64,000 bases of DNA from Azolla caroliniana (GCA_043228905.1 JBHGNT010000005.1:1302001-1366000); one strand, 5' to 3'; shown: positions 1 to 14,401, counted from the first letter of the stretch. Translations and numbers: made by a program. The notes: generated by a model not told the origin, from the sequence alone.

Positions 1-1914
1 ACCCAATTTAAGTTTTCTTTCAAAACATTGCCATTTCAGTCCAAGCCCTTTGATGCATTTTTCTTGTTGTCACAATATGCACTCCCAATTGCAACGTTAA
101 TCAGTAGTAGACTTTTCAAACATCAAAACACATTAAACTCCATACATACTATGTGAAAATGTTTACTTTTTGGTCTTGTAGGTCTCGTCTAATCTTTTGG
201 GAGGATGATGATAAACTTTTCTTCTCTCTCTCTCTCTCTCTCAAAACACCCTTTTGATTTCAAAACTCCTAAAGTACCTATCATTTCTCAAATACCTGGT
301 TATTCTCTTTCTATTTATCATATAATGTGTTTTATTCACATACTAGTAGAGTATCCTTACACAAGGTCTTGGGTTCAAGTCCTTTTTCTTACACATCTAT
401 TTAACACCAAATAATGGTTACCCTAGCATTCAAATTATAGCAATGAATCAAACTCACATCATAGTCTCCAAGATTGTATATAGTCATCTTAATTTATGTG
501 GTCTCATCGGCTTCTCTCTCTCTCTCTCTCTCTCTCATCTAAGTAGCATACCCAAATCTCCACCAACAAGGGTGTGTACCAAAGAGTGTGTACAACCATC
601 TCAATTTATGTGGTCTCATTAACTTCCTCTCTCTCCCTCTCTCTAATCTACATGGCATACTTGAGTCTCCCGCAAGAAGGCACATACATGTGTACATTAT
701 TGTTTAGATAGAGAGGTTTTGTTGCAAAAGGATAGAGTCACATATAATATGATATGTTTCAAACTATCCTCCTTGTGGAGGATAGCTATATATTGCATTA
801 TATTATTTGGTGAGTTGTATCATTTCAAATCTCACCAATTTACATTCATTTATTAGATCATATGATAGGTTATGAGGTTGGAAAGCATACCCTTAAGGGT
901 TTTGATATGTAGTCATGGCCTAATTAGTTTGGGATGATGTTCTTGAATCGAAGAGACAATGTTATAAGCCAAACTGGCTATAGTTTGCATGAAATCACCT
1001 TGGCAATATCACTTTGTGCCATTGCTCATTTGCGGCCATGTAAACATCTAACACATGTCACACTCATAGTCACCCTTCAACATCAACATAACATTCCTCA
1101 TTTATGATGCCATTATGCATGAAGAAGCCTTTCCAACATCACTTGGTGCCATTGCAAATTTTCTTTGTCAACATTCATTACATGGACATGCATAGTGTCA
1201 CAAATATCAAACAAATGGATAGAAGGGTGTGCTAATAAATAGATGAGAGAAATGAGAGGATTGATATTTGATGAGTAGGAGACCAAATGAACAAACGAGG
1301 AGCAAACATGGGGGAGTTTGGATGAGACGATGAGCCAATAAATAGATGGTGTAGAGTTAATGCAAGGGTGCAAATAGAGACACAATGAACAAAAGAGAGG
1401 ATGAGTGAATAAGGAGGATTTTGATAAGAGCAAATGGAGTAACAAAATCAAACAAGTAGAGCCAAAAAGGGTGAAGGGTGAGGAACCTAGGAACAACCCA
1501 TGGGCCTGATGTGAGAGACAAGGAGAATGTAAGGGAGATGAGGGAATCTAATTTTAGGGAGATGATGCAAATGGTAGAACACATTAGTGCGACCATGACT
1601 AGTGTTGATATCCTTGAGATAAATAGGTGGGGGCTTTTATACGTTATAGTTACAATACACAAACTATGCATACAACCTCTCTAGACTTTAGAATATGGTC
1701 AAATTTCTCAACCAAACATTACAATACAAACTTAACCTACACACACCCACCTTACAATTCATCCCTTGGTGGCCATGGCATGTGGAGCCACCCTTCCAAC
1801 TTAAACATAACATTTCTTGTTCATTGACCACGCCAACATCCATCACCTACCACTTGCATTTGCTAAGTTTCTCCATATCTCAACAAAGCATCCTAAACAA
1901 TAAAGAAGGAAATG

Positions 1915-1916
<2 letters not shown>

Positions 1917-2001
<85 letters not shown>
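1917..2001. repeat. (GA)n microsatellite, about 42 units
   Basis: Uninterrupted AG dinucleotide run seen directly. Confidence 0.95.
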
Positions 2002-2004
<3 letters not shown>

Positions 2005-2331
2005 AGGTGGTAAGGTTGGCCAATGGAGACCAAGTGGTCATGGGTTCAACCCCTACATTCCATAGTGGCATCTAGTGAAATAGATATATATATGAAGTAT
2101 ATAATAGAGAGGTGAGGAAATTGGGTTTGGAACCCAAGACACATACAGTGCTTGTAGTGTTATCGACTTACCACTAGGGTAAGCTAATTACGATAAGAGA
2201 GAGAGAGAGAGAGAGACTCGAGTCTTGAACACAAGTCCTAGGGCTAGTTCTAATACTAGTATTCGAGCAACTTACCACTATGTTATGAAAATGAGAAAGA
2301 AGGTCACAAGTATGAACTACATCTTTTCCTT

Positions 2332-2465
2332 AGTAAAAACTCACCTTCCCATTAAGATAGAGCAATAAGGAATCCTAAGGAGGTCAATCAAACAAATTGA
2401 TTGAGTAAAAACTCACCTTCCCATTAAGATAGAGTAATAAGGAATCCTAAGGAGGTCAATCAAAA
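2332..2465. repeat. Direct tandem duplication, 72-bp period, upstream of the DUF760 gene
   Basis: agtaaaaactcaccttcccattaagatagag...ggaggtcaatcaaa starts at both 2332 and 2404. Confidence 0.9.
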
Positions 2466-2718
2466 GAATTGATTGAAGGAGGTAAGAAGATGGACTTTAT
2501 ATGTACATATGTATTGTATAAATGTATGTATGTATGTATTGTATATATATGTATGTATGTATGTGTATATATGTATGTATATGTATGTGTTGGTAGAGGA
2601 GGCGATGATGATTTTCCGTTCTCATCGGCAAAAATACTTAGCGTTGCTCTGAGAGCGTAAGCTCCCTTCCCCCCCCCATCTTCGTTCTTCGTTCTTCGTT
2701 CTTCTTCTTCGGAAAGGG

Positions 2719-5700
2719 ATGAAGCTGATGATGATATCCATGGCTCCTCCCCCGGCTCTCGTTGCTGCTACGACTACCTCTGCTCCTAGTACTCTCCTTC
2801 TTCTTCCCTGTGGAGAATCTAGGACCTCCAACCATCGTTGTTATCACCAGAAAACGTGTTCCTTGCAAACCAATTCCCACAGCATTTCTTCACAGACAAC
2901 CGATTCCCATAGATTCCCTTCACAAACGAGTGGCCATTTCCATCCATGGAGAATTCACAGACAATATGAGAGGTTATCCAACAGATTTATGTGCAATTCA
3001 GACGATGGATCGAGTTCCAGTAACAACGATAACAATGAATCTTCTTCCTCTTCCTCTTCTTCAAACAACAGCCTCACAGTAAGTCCTGTTCCATTGAATA
3101 ATTCGTCAAGTCGTTTCTATTTTGATCCTAATTGTTCAAGTTCAGAAGTGTTCATTATGGTTCGAAAATGGACCTTCTCCAATTCCGTATACTAGAAGAT
3201 AAATAATTGCAGAAAAACAATGATGTATCACGTATCTACTAATCTTGGTGGGATACTTCAGCTAGGTAACATTCAACCTATTGGAGAGGCATACATAAAA
3301 AACGTTTTTCATATCTTTTGACTCTTTCTTCAGATAATTACCATATGGAATGTGTCAATTCATGTGCACAAAATATTAGATTTACAAGAAAATATTGTGA
3401 TTATTCAGAATGCATTAACGTATGCATTCAATTCTAAGAGCTACTGAATAACTTTTCAATCTTTGTGAACACGGTAGCATATGTGGAGGATATTCTAATC
3501 ATATTATATTCACAAAAAATTATATCGAGAATGAATAATCGTAAAAATGCTGAATGGCGCGATGTATTGCTGCACAAAGTAGCCTAGGCAGGGTATCAAC
3601 ACCTAGTTTGCATTTAACTAATGCCTGAAAACTCTTAATTATGAGCTCTTTATTGATGCATAAGAGCATGGAGTTTCTTATTTTCCATATGATGTTCATA
3701 AAAGTGATATTTATGTATCCCGATCACAGTTTTGTAGAGAGATTGATGATGGTAAAAGGATTCGCTGAAGTTCTTTGTTTCGGACATGTCTTTCTGCTTC
3801 TAAATTTACAATTTCAGTATTTCTGGCTTTGGCTATATACACAATTGCGAAGATTTATTAAACCGCCTCTGAAAGAGTGTTTTGGGGAAAACATGCCCTG
3901 CCATTTCACTAAAACGGAACTTGCCAATATTGGAAATGTTGATGAAAAGGATAATAATCTCTTAGAAATATATGTCTGCTAAACTCTGTGTAAATTTCTG
4001 GTATTTTCTTATACTTAGCATTTGATTTAATGCATAAAGAAGACTGAATACAAACGTTTCCAAAAACACTGCTCTGAATCCACTATTAAAATATCCAACA
4101 CCTGTTGAATCTTGATATTAAAGCTGCATTTTTGTTGTTAATTCTGCACTTTATCCAAAAGATTGATGAGATTTAGCCAGTCAGAAATTTGTTAACCAAA
4201 CCTTGAGTTTCCTCACATTGTCAAAGAAGTGGAAACAATATAGGGATCAAATTCCATTGCAAAAAAAAGTAAAACTTGAAATCTATAAATATAAAACAAT
4301 TAAGGATGATTACATGTTCTCTTGATATATAAGGTCTTAACGTAGATTGGATGAAGAATGATTACTTTTGGATATTCTACAAACTCCGCAAGAAAAAAAA
4401 GAACAAAATTTATCTCTTTCTTTTCCTTCATTTAACAGTCAAAAAGCAGGAGGGATATGCTATTGGAATATGTCAATACTGTGAAACCTGAATTCATGGA
4501 AGTTTTTGCAAAGAAAGCTCCTCCACAGGTCCGTATAAAGTTATAGCATTTATGCCATTTGGATATGCAAAATGTATCTTAAACGAAATTTTTTGAACTC
4601 ATCTCCTGGAAAACATATATACGTTATATGTTGTAGATTTGTTTAATGAAATCTTCTGAACTTATCGCTCAAAAACTTGCATAAGTTATATGTTGTAGAT
4701 GCTAGTTACTAAGTTCTTGTAAAATGAAATCTTCTGAACCCCTCTCATATAAATTACAGGTTGTAGATGTAATAATATCTTCTGCAGCTCTTTGAAAGTA
4801 TATACAAGTTAGGTTATAGATGGAATTAAAATTTCTGAACTTGTCATATCAAAAATTTATGGAACTTATAGGTTGTAGATGCAATGAAGTTTTTTACGGA
4901 AATCTTCTGAACTCATCTCTTTGAAAACTTATAAGTTATAGGTTGTAGATGCAATGCGTCAAACTGTCACCAATATGCTTGGGACTCTCCCTTCACAGTT
5001 TTTTGCGATCACTGTCTCAACGGTGAGTTTTAAACTTTTAATTTCTTTTCAGCATTTCAATTATTTGTTTTCTTCTCTTACAGAAAATATATGATGAATT
5101 TTGTGATCCCACTTTTCTCTGTGTTTTTGTTGTTTTGTTTTGTTTATTGCAGGTTGCAGAAAATCTAGCACAACTTATGTATAGTGTAATGATGACAGGA
5201 TATATGTTCAGAAATGCTCAGTTTCGCTTAGAGTTGCAGCAATCCTTAGCGCAAGCTGCCCTTCCGAGTATCAGTTCAGTGAAGGTGATTTTATACAGTA
5301 TTAACTGCCTCTATTGGTATTATGTCTTACGTGGTTCATAATACTTGAATTGGTAGTTTCAAATTCGTTTCAACATTCGTTTCAACATTCGTTTCAACTT
5401 TACATGTTAATTGCAATATAAGATTTATTAATAACTTCAAATATTTCATCTTAAGTTCATGCTGGTATCTCAACTTAGAACTAATACTGGTTCTTATTAA
5501 TCACTGCAAGAGTAAGCAAGTATTTTTATTTTTAGAGACCGTGATAAGGTTTTTGATTCTCATTGATATCGGATAATATGAGTAGATACTGGAACTCTAG
5601 TCTTTGAAGTGACAGTTATGAAAGTCAAAAATTTGAAGAAAAAAAAGGAAGATCAATCCATGTAAGATGATGAGTGCACTAAGGGATGAATAATGATGCC

Positions 5701-8700
5701 TCTGTACATTTGGAAATTTGGATCTTATTTGAAGGATGGAGCTTCTTGTATGCTTATGTTTATGAAATGACGGATTCTACAATTTTGGTATTTATTTTTC
5801 ATTGCAACGGAATTGTTTGAGCAGAAATATCATCACTCTTCACTACTCATCTAGGTCTAAGTCACTAGTCCTAGACTTTATCAAATTTTGAAGAGACAAA
5901 AGGAAGATTAATCCATGTAAGAAAAAGAGTACACTAATGTACGAATCAGGATGCCTATGTAACATTTAAAAGATTAGATATTTTTTGAAGAAGGGAGCCA
6001 TTTGTATGCTCATGTTCATGAAATGCTGGATTCTACCATTTCTGTAGTTGTTTTTTGTTGCAACTGAATTGTTTGCACAAAAATATTGTCACTCTTCACC
6101 ACTTGTCTAGGCCTGAGTCATTTGTCCTATCTGGACTTTAATTACTCTCATTGGAAGTGATAGAAACTTTCTGGAGACAGCTTTATGCATTTAGCATCAC
6201 AGATTTGGCACCTCACTCGAGAAAGCGATCTCCTTTTTACATGCTTTCTGATTTGTTGGTCAAGTCACTGATTTTTATATTATTTTGCTTCTTGTCTCAT
6301 TCTCTCAATATGCACATCTTCTTAGAAATGATGAAAATATTTTGGGCATATATGCTTGTTTGCAGGAAGATCCTAACTATGCTCCTGGTGTCCAAAAGAA
6401 AATTAGTGGTGAAGTAATCAGATGGCATAATGAGAACGGATCAGAATCAATGGATGCATCAGTTTATGTTGAGCTACTAGAAAATGAGATTACTCAGCTT
6501 CAGGAACAGTTAGAACGTAGCAAAAAAGTTGCAAATGGAGGGAATGAACTCCTAAACTATCTAAAGACACTTGAACCGCAAAATTTACAGGTTAGATGTG
6601 TTTTAAGCATACTTTATTCAATCCCTTTCTCTTAACATTTATTTTTTAAAGAAAAAAACTAGGAAATACTCCTATAATTAAATAAGTGTAGAAGCGTTAA
6701 AAAACTTGTAATTTTACTGGGAGTTAATCATATAATTGCTCAAATAGCAATATAATTGAAATGAGAGAGATACTTTGGTCATTAATTTGCCCGAATGGCA
6801 CATTTAATTCCAAGTACTTCAGAGTTAGGGCCATTTAGGGAAATAAAGTAAAATCCAAGTACTTCAGAGTTTTCCCCTAATTTATTTATTGATTCATGTT
6901 TGCATTTTAGGAACCTTCCCTAAATCATAGTGCTTCCTGTTTTGCATGGCTTCCTTGAGTAGTTTTATTGTTTATTTTTTATTTGTACGTCAAGGAATTA
7001 ACTACTATTGCTGGAGAGGATGCGCTGGAGGCAATGAACACATTTATCCAACGTTTGGTTGGGATATCTGATCCTGTACAGCTAAAGGTTTGTTATTATA
7101 TCACTTGACACTATCAGTTTTTTGGGAGGCATTTATTCTTTCATATCATGAGTTTTTTAGCAGTAAACTTCTTGCATATACGTTGTGACAGGTTTAAGTC
7201 TAAATTCTCCCATTTCACTTTCAGGGAACTCTAGGATAAGATTAAAGAGTGACATAAAAAATTAAAGAAAATATTTGGGATGCTCTACATAGGAAAAACA
7301 TTACTAAAGAGTGAGCTATAGTTCTTGGTCACTTTGTTTTAAGGCTCACCCCAAATATGCTTGTTTATAAGGCTTACCGAAAATATGCTGCTTCTTTTAC
7401 CCGCCTTTAAAATTTCCGTTTTATGCATTAATTAATATGTCATGTGCTCTACACAAAGAAGCTCATGTTACTATGCATTGTGTTGATATATCATAGGAAT
7501 CTGATAGCCTTAACTGCTGTTTTTGACCATCGACTTATACCTGATGGAAAGCTTTCCAAAAAGGAATCACAAAATTGCATATGAGGGAACAAAACTGAGA
7601 ACTTTGATCAAGGCTTGCGAGGGTGAGTGTGGAGGAGTAGATGGCAAATGCAAAGAATCTTGAAAATGAATCTTTGGGATATGGATTTTAGAGGTAGATT
7701 GAGAGCTTAAGGTTTCGTATCAACACATCAGTGTCAAATTATAAGTACATGTACTTGCATTTACATGGACATGAACTGGCATGCATATCTTGATGTTTCC
7801 AATATGCAACCTCAAAATTGCATAGGGGAACTAACAAAAAACATAAAATGGGTAAACGGAAAATGAATTTGAGGTATTGAAGATGTGTCCGTTAGAAGGC
7901 TGGGATAGGATGAATGCCATAAAATGGGTATTTGGAATATGAAATTTAGGTCTGAAGATGGTGGCCATATGATTTCTTTACCACATTATTAACTTCTAAA
8001 TACGGTAATCTACCATCTATGCAGAGTACGTAAGTCTATAGAAGTAGAAAATAACAATATTGGCTATTCATTTTGTCTTTTCAAAGTAAAATCTAGAAAC
8101 TGCAAAAAAAAGAACCTCAAGTAGAACCTTACAAGCAATGTGGTAACTTTTAATTCCAGGCTCTGAGGTATCTGCCTAAGAGACTGGGATGGGGGTTGGG
8201 GAGATGAATATTCTTATAAAAGGTTTAGGAGCCAAACTTCTGTGTTCTGTATTTCACCATCATGTCTGTTAAAAACTGGAATATCAATCTCGGATACAAC
8301 TGCATAATCTGTTTTGAAACAATGAAACTTTGCTATCTTGTTTAAGAAAGGGCAAATTCTTCTTTTGCATTGATGGAAAATGGGTCCATTAAAGATAGAG
8401 ATGAAGTGCTGATCATCCTTCATCTTTATGCTTGTGCCCATGTCCTATACAAAGATCATCTGCATTCTATCTGCTTTCATCGATTGATCTTATATTTAAG
8501 AAAAGAACTCTGGTGTATCCTTGAGTTCCCTCAAGTTCTCAGTATATCCCAGACGATGTTGTTCCAAGAGCACACAATGGATCCAAGAGCATCAGGAGAA
8601 ATAATGAAAACTAAAAGACATTGGGGAAATAAAGAAAAACGTGGGGTTCTTTCTCGGTGTTTCCATACTGTCTTGCAACTAGGGTCCATGAAGAGATATG

Positions 8701-8941
8701 AAAGCTTTATATATTTCTAGGATCTCGAAAAGTTGTAACTGCCATTTTTTTCTGAGATGGTTTTTTCTCCGATTTGTAGAAAGCTATTACACAGACGACT
8801 TCTACCGACTTGGCAAAATTACTTTATTGGCTCATGGTGGTTGGCTACAGCATACGCAATATCGAAGTAAAACACGACATGGAAAAGGTATTAGGTATGC
8901 CAGTCAAACTAGCTGAACTACCACCAGGTGAAAATGTATAG
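2719..8941 (+). CDS. DUF760-family protein, probably plastid-targeted (At1g63610-like), about 380 aa, 7 exons
   Basis: Exons 2719-3078, 4439-4528, 4942-5022, 5153-5284, 6366-6590, 6995-7087 and 8780-8941, all GT-AG and phase 0. The spliced product reads ...SKSRRDMLLEYVNTVKPEFMEVFAKKAPPQ/VVDAMRQTVTNMLGTLPSQFF.../VAENLAQLMYSVMMTGYMFRNAQFRLEL...NELLNYLKTLEPQNLQ/ELT...LAKLLYWLMVVGYSIRNIEVKHDMEKVLGMPVKLAELPPGENV*, i.e. two DUF760-type repeats. The N-terminus is Ser/Thr-rich like a transit peptide. Confidence 0.93.
4575..4956 (+). repeat. Degenerate tandem array (about 6 units of 50-70 bp) in intron 2, duplicating the exon-3 acceptor
   Basis: Core ttat(ag/at)gttgtagatg plus aaatcttctgaac recurs near 4625, 4687, 4755, 4808, 4866 and 4936. 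Confidence 0.85.
5625..6140. repeat. Diverged tandem duplication, 255-bp period, in intron 4
   Basis: aggaagat(c/t)aatccatgtaaga at 5646 and 5901, colinear downstream to ctagg(t/c)ct(a/g)agtca. Confidence 0.85.
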
Positions 8942-10679
8942 AACAGGTGTTATTATCTTTAAAGAGAGGGTCAGAACTTCCCAATCTATATTAGGGCAGA
9001 GACATTTCAAAGCAGTATTCAAAGCATGTATTAAATTATTTGACATTCATCTCATAAGGATGTCTATGTTCACTTCAATTTTTTGGAGAATACAAAGATA
9101 ATCTCTCAAGGTTTCTCTCATGCCCTTTTATGGTATACATGCTGTGCTGTATTGTATGTCCTCATGGTAAATCCTCTGTTGGAAGCCATAATTAGTGTGA
9201 AGGGAACAATTTAAAAGAGATACGTTTGCCTTACATGACAATGTTTATTGTTTTAAGAACGGACCTTTTGTCCTTGCAAAGGAAGAGGTGTGTGTAAACT
9301 GGCCATGGTTAGAAAATTTGTCAAATACAAATAATAATACTAGAGCAGAGCATATTATTGTTGTACATCACTCTTGACCTTCCCAGATATGCCAACATAA
9401 ATTTAACACACTTTCAAGCTAACGTTTAAGTAGAAACAATTCCTGTCTTTCAAATAGGTACACAAAAAGGGACATTTCCTGTGTCTTTCACATGGGTATA
9501 CAAAATGGGACACTGGAAATGGGGCTGAACTTATTACTCAAGGATTTTTGGATGAGATATACTAAAAATGGAATTGGCATTTTTGACAGATCCTACAATT
9601 TCTTGAAGCTTCAATTGTGTTCTATATCCAATTGACAGATGTGCTATTTGTTTTTGTAATACTAAACATTTGCGATCAAATAGTCTAGAATGCAGACCAC
9701 AAATTTAAACTGAAAGTATTAAGAACTAAATTCTCTTGGCATCATCACCATTATTATCAGCCACAATGCATTCACGTTTGGAATAATATAATCATTCTTG
9801 ATTTTAAGCTTCAAAATATCACAAATTTGTCATAATTTAAATGATCTTGCTACCATTCATGAATATCCTTTTCTCGGAAGTGATTTCTCTTCACTAAATT
9901 TGTGACCAAAATCTGTAAAACTTTTGCCCCACCTTTTGGAGACAAGCTTAAAAGGTAGGGCAAGGATTTCCATTTCAACGGGTGAAAAGTTAATAAAGGC
10001 TTGTTTCATAAACAGACAACAAATGTAGAGAAAAAACGTAGAAACATATATGTTGCCAATTGTCTTGCAACGTAATATTGTACTAGTAAATCTTAAACTC
10101 TGGCAAGAACCTAGTTGTTCGGGTCTAAAGCAACGTCCACTAAACACTTCATTTCATAAACACCCGAAGCCTTGTCATTGAAGAGTTGCCATATCAACCA
10201 CCACCAGTTGAAGAGTTTTGCTCAAACCAATTATATAACAAGTCCAACTACCACCATCCAAGCCCAAGAATTCAACAATTGCATGTATAGTACAATTCAA
10301 AGACATTGGTATAAATGTGCCAGTTCCTATTTCACTATATTTATATGGATGGAGAGAGATAGGCCAACCCTATCATGCAAAAACATCTTCCACACTGAAT
10401 GCATCCAACTTGTGGCTCTCAAAAATAGTTCTCTAATCTATTGTGACTCAAATAGTTCATTAGAATTTGTTGGACCAAGTATTAGTACATCTCTAATCTA
10501 TGGGATTCCTATTTAGATTCATCTCTAGGTTTAGCATGTGGAGACTTATTTGAAACATCACCCACATTTACGAGTTGGTTCAAGTGTTTCAGTTCCAAGA
10601 TATATGAAATAGAGAGGTGGCAAATTCCCATAACATTATTGAGACCCCTACCAATCAGCACTCAACTAACCTTCATCTC

Positions 10680-10939
10680 CACAATGGACATCTTTTATTG
10701 AAGTGCATTCTTCACAGCTAAAAGATATCATTCTTGTACAAATACTCATGCATGTCGGAGCATCCTGCCACACATGTTGGGATGCTGTAGGAAGGTCATT
10801 ACACTACACAATGGACATCTTTTATTGAAGTGCATTCTTCAACGCTAAAAGATATCATTCTTGTACAAATACTCATACATGTCAGAGCATCCTGCCACAC
10901 ATGTTGGGATGCTGTAGGAAGGTCATTACACTACACAAT
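10680..10939. repeat. Near-perfect 127-bp tandem duplication between convergent genes
   Basis: acaatggacatcttttattgaagtgc... at 10681 and 10808, with few substitutions. Confidence 0.95.
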
Positions 10940-11177
10940 CCGCTAAATCTCTAGGATTAACTTGCCAGCAAATTTAAAATACAGCTGAGGTACATCAAAT
11001 GCATGCTGATGGATATGAGGGTGTAAAATTGCATGAAATTGCATGAAGTCCATTTTCTCTACTGTTAGGGATATCTAAAACATAGGCAAGGCAGTGATAA
11101 AGATCGATAAACTACAAAGAAATTTACAAAACATCAGAGAAGATGACGACGACAATCATAAGGAAAAAGGAAAAATC

Positions 11178-14100
11178 CTATGCCAAAGGGGATGGTTGTC
11201 CGGATCTCATAGAGGAGCTCCATGATGACTCTATACGTAGGAGATGTAGCTTCTCTACAAAATGTTCAAGAACCTGCGCTTCTACAGTTGGAGCAAATGC
11301 TGTGCAAATACTCAACTCTTGTACAGCTTCACCATACCTCCTGAAGAAGAAAAAAGCAAACGAAAATGAAAAATCAAACCAAAGCAAAGTAAAAATAGAG
11401 ACTACAGGTTCATGGATTCTTATTTAAGAATTTTATGCAAATTTCTATGACATATATTGTTCTAAAGCTGGTTTCTTTTCACAGAATTTAATTTATATTT
11501 TGTTTCCATAGCTTTGTGTTTTAATATATAGATTATACCTGCTATGGTATAGCAATAAACCATGATCTCTTCTCAAGACCCAGTTGTGAGGCTGTAAGAG
11601 CAGCAACCTTTCTGATGCCATGAGTGCAAGTCTGTATCAAAACAACAAATTCATGCACGTTAAATCTAAATTAAAAATAAAGAAAAGCCAAGCATAACTA
11701 GCATACAGATCAATGCATGAATATCTGCAAACTAGTATTACAAATATATATATTCTATACTTAAAAGAGGAAGGTAAACAAAGCATACGGATCAAAAAGA
11801 TAAAAATTGTAGGAGAGGATGCTAGTATAATATCCTTACGAAACAAGCACACCCAAGAAAGAATCTCGTGTGATGCTAAAGATAATACAAAAATATAGAT
11901 TATTTGTACAAGAAAATATTAGATTTGGCTTGGGTAAATACTATATTTACTCTTTCTATAGGCTTGAGATTATTCCAAACTAGAGAGAAAGCCAAACATA
12001 GCAATAACACATGTAACCTTCCCTCAGATCCATCTCTAGTTTCCAATCCATAGCTTTAAGACATGTATATATATAATACCTGAGATTATTTGGCCTCAAC
12101 AAAGCTCCAACCATGAGCTCTGAGTGATCCACAAGATTCCCATCATCACATATCAATGGTCGAAGAGGATCAGTAAGTGCAAAACCAGGTCGAGCCTTGC
12201 ATGCATCCTCCCAATGGTGATGCTATACAACAAAGAAATAGGATTCAATGTTTTCAACAAAGAATACAAATATAAAAATACATCACACTATCAATTATAC
12301 TCTTCAATGTTTCAATAGTAACTGAACTAGAATAAAGAAGTCACCAAAATTTATCAATTAATTTCAAAAGCACACCTACTAAATTCAGAAACTCACAAAA
12401 ATTCTACTAATTTCAAAAACTTGTAAAAATGGATCCAGTACTAATGAAATCCAAGAAACGCATTCATAACTCAATTAGAATGAGTGGTTACTACTCACCT
12501 TTAAGTGCGACAATACCATCCCTACAATGTCTCTAATGGATGCAAACTTCAAACTTGATGAAACGTTATATCCATCTGTTAAGGCTCCAATGCTGGCCAT
12601 AAGGTGTGACTGATGCTGGAAAGCATGCATTTCTAAAAACCAGTTTTTCCCTCCGCTGGATGACTTAGAGCATTCCTAAAAACACAAATATGATGGGGAG
12701 AAAAAACTCAGTGATGGCTATGTTTGAATCACATGGGCATCTCAACAAAAACAGAACATTCATAGGCTCATAGGCATACATATAAATCCTCAACAAGGGG
12801 CCACATGAAAAACTCATTGTCACCAATCTCAGCTCCTCTAATGGTAACACCAAGCCTCTTACATATCTCCATGTAGATGATAGAGAGAAGTAGACCTGAA
12901 TGAAAACACCAAAGTTTATTTATGAAAAAATATCAGTGACTTTATTTAAGCTACATGCCCGATCACACTAAAAGATGTAAATGACATAGACGCATAAGAA
13001 TAAGAACACCTCAAAATAACTTGTCGTGGATAGAGAGAGAGAGAGAGAGAGAGATTACCACTTCCTGATCCTAGAGTCATGACCAAATGAAGGTAGTAAC
13101 TCTTTGTATCTAGATCTATAACTGATCGTTTGAATTGTTGAATCTCGAATAGAACCGTGCTACAAGCCTTCAGAATCTCTATAGGTTTTTGAACATTCAC
13201 CTTCGAAGAAGCCAAGATATCAGTAACTTCTTTTACCAAGAAATCGAACCTAGAAGACCACATTCTCATAGTCCTTCCTGCAATAGGGAATTCATTCACA
13301 TCGGGCTCAAAGACTTTAACAGCTTGAGCTCCTGAAAATCTCCTGCCTTCTGAAGAGGCAGCCAGTCTATCCTTCTCTCTGTTGAGAGACATGAAGGCTT
13401 CATCTTCGGCAGATACCAGTAGCAATGCCTACACAAATCAGAGCTTAATCTATAGTCAATATCAAAACCATCATATAGATACAAAGATTAAAAAATAACG
13501 CTTCAGCAAGCTCTCTCTCAAACGCCTGAGTTAATTACAAATATGATGAATGATCTACCTCTCTAATGAGTTAATTTATTTACACAATCAACCAAAAGAA
13601 AAACTTCAACTAGATTACATTACACATATGGCAAATTAAAATCCTGCAGTGTACTATCTAGCTCCACAATGACTAGATTAATTACCAAGAGAAAGTGAAT
13701 CAATGATCAATTTAGCTTTACAATATTTGAAATTATATTTTACAGGATTCTCAAAAACTAATGCTTCAATGACTATCTAGCTTTAAAAATGACTGAATCC
13801 CCAATCTATGAGTACCAGCACTACATAAATCTTTACACATTTGTTAATGACAAGGGTAGAAATTATTCTAATCATTACCTTTATAAGGCATATCTCTTGA
13901 TCTTGTTTCCTAAACGAGACTTCCTCACTAAAATGAAGCCTAGCTTGCTGAAGTATAACCTGAAGGAGAAATATCAATAACATAACTTCAGTAATATCAA
14001 CGCAAATAAACTAGCCAAGTACTGTATTGAAAACATGATAAAATGTAATAACACCAGGAGGATACAAAATATGGTTTGAAGCACTTATAAAACCACCTCT

Positions 14101-14401
14101 TTATTGGACATGTTCTTGGCAATAGGGTTGTCATGTTCAATATTACAACAAGATACTCTAGTTTCCTTAAGAGATCTCAGTTTTCCAGCCTGTTTTTGAA
14201 TGGTGATTCGAGGAAAGCCATACCTAGAAAAACTGAGGGGTCATGATGATGGCACAAGGTCCCTGCTGCAACACACAAAATTCTATACACAAAAAAAGTG
14301 TGATGGATGAGAAGCTACCTGAATTGGTATTGGTTTTCCGATGATGTATGCAGAAGTAGTGGTTGCCTCTCCAACAAACAACTCACAGTCACTGTCTCCA
14401 T
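11178..14401 (-). CDS. SirB1-family / transglutaminase-like (Transglut_core2) protein, At4g19160-like, about 450 aa, 9 exons
   Basis: Minus-strand exons 14401-14319, 14223-14097, 13959-13879, 13428-13059, 12895-12780, 12675-12499, 12222-12080, 11631-11539 and 11340-11178; splice phases are consistent and total 1353 nt. Motifs: ALLLVSAEDEAF, YYLHLVMTLGSGSGLLLSIIYMEICKRLG, ASIRDIVGMVLSHLK, LALMASERLLLLQPHNWVLRRDHGLLLY, RYGEAVQELSIC. The two 5' exons are less certain. Confidence 0.88.
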
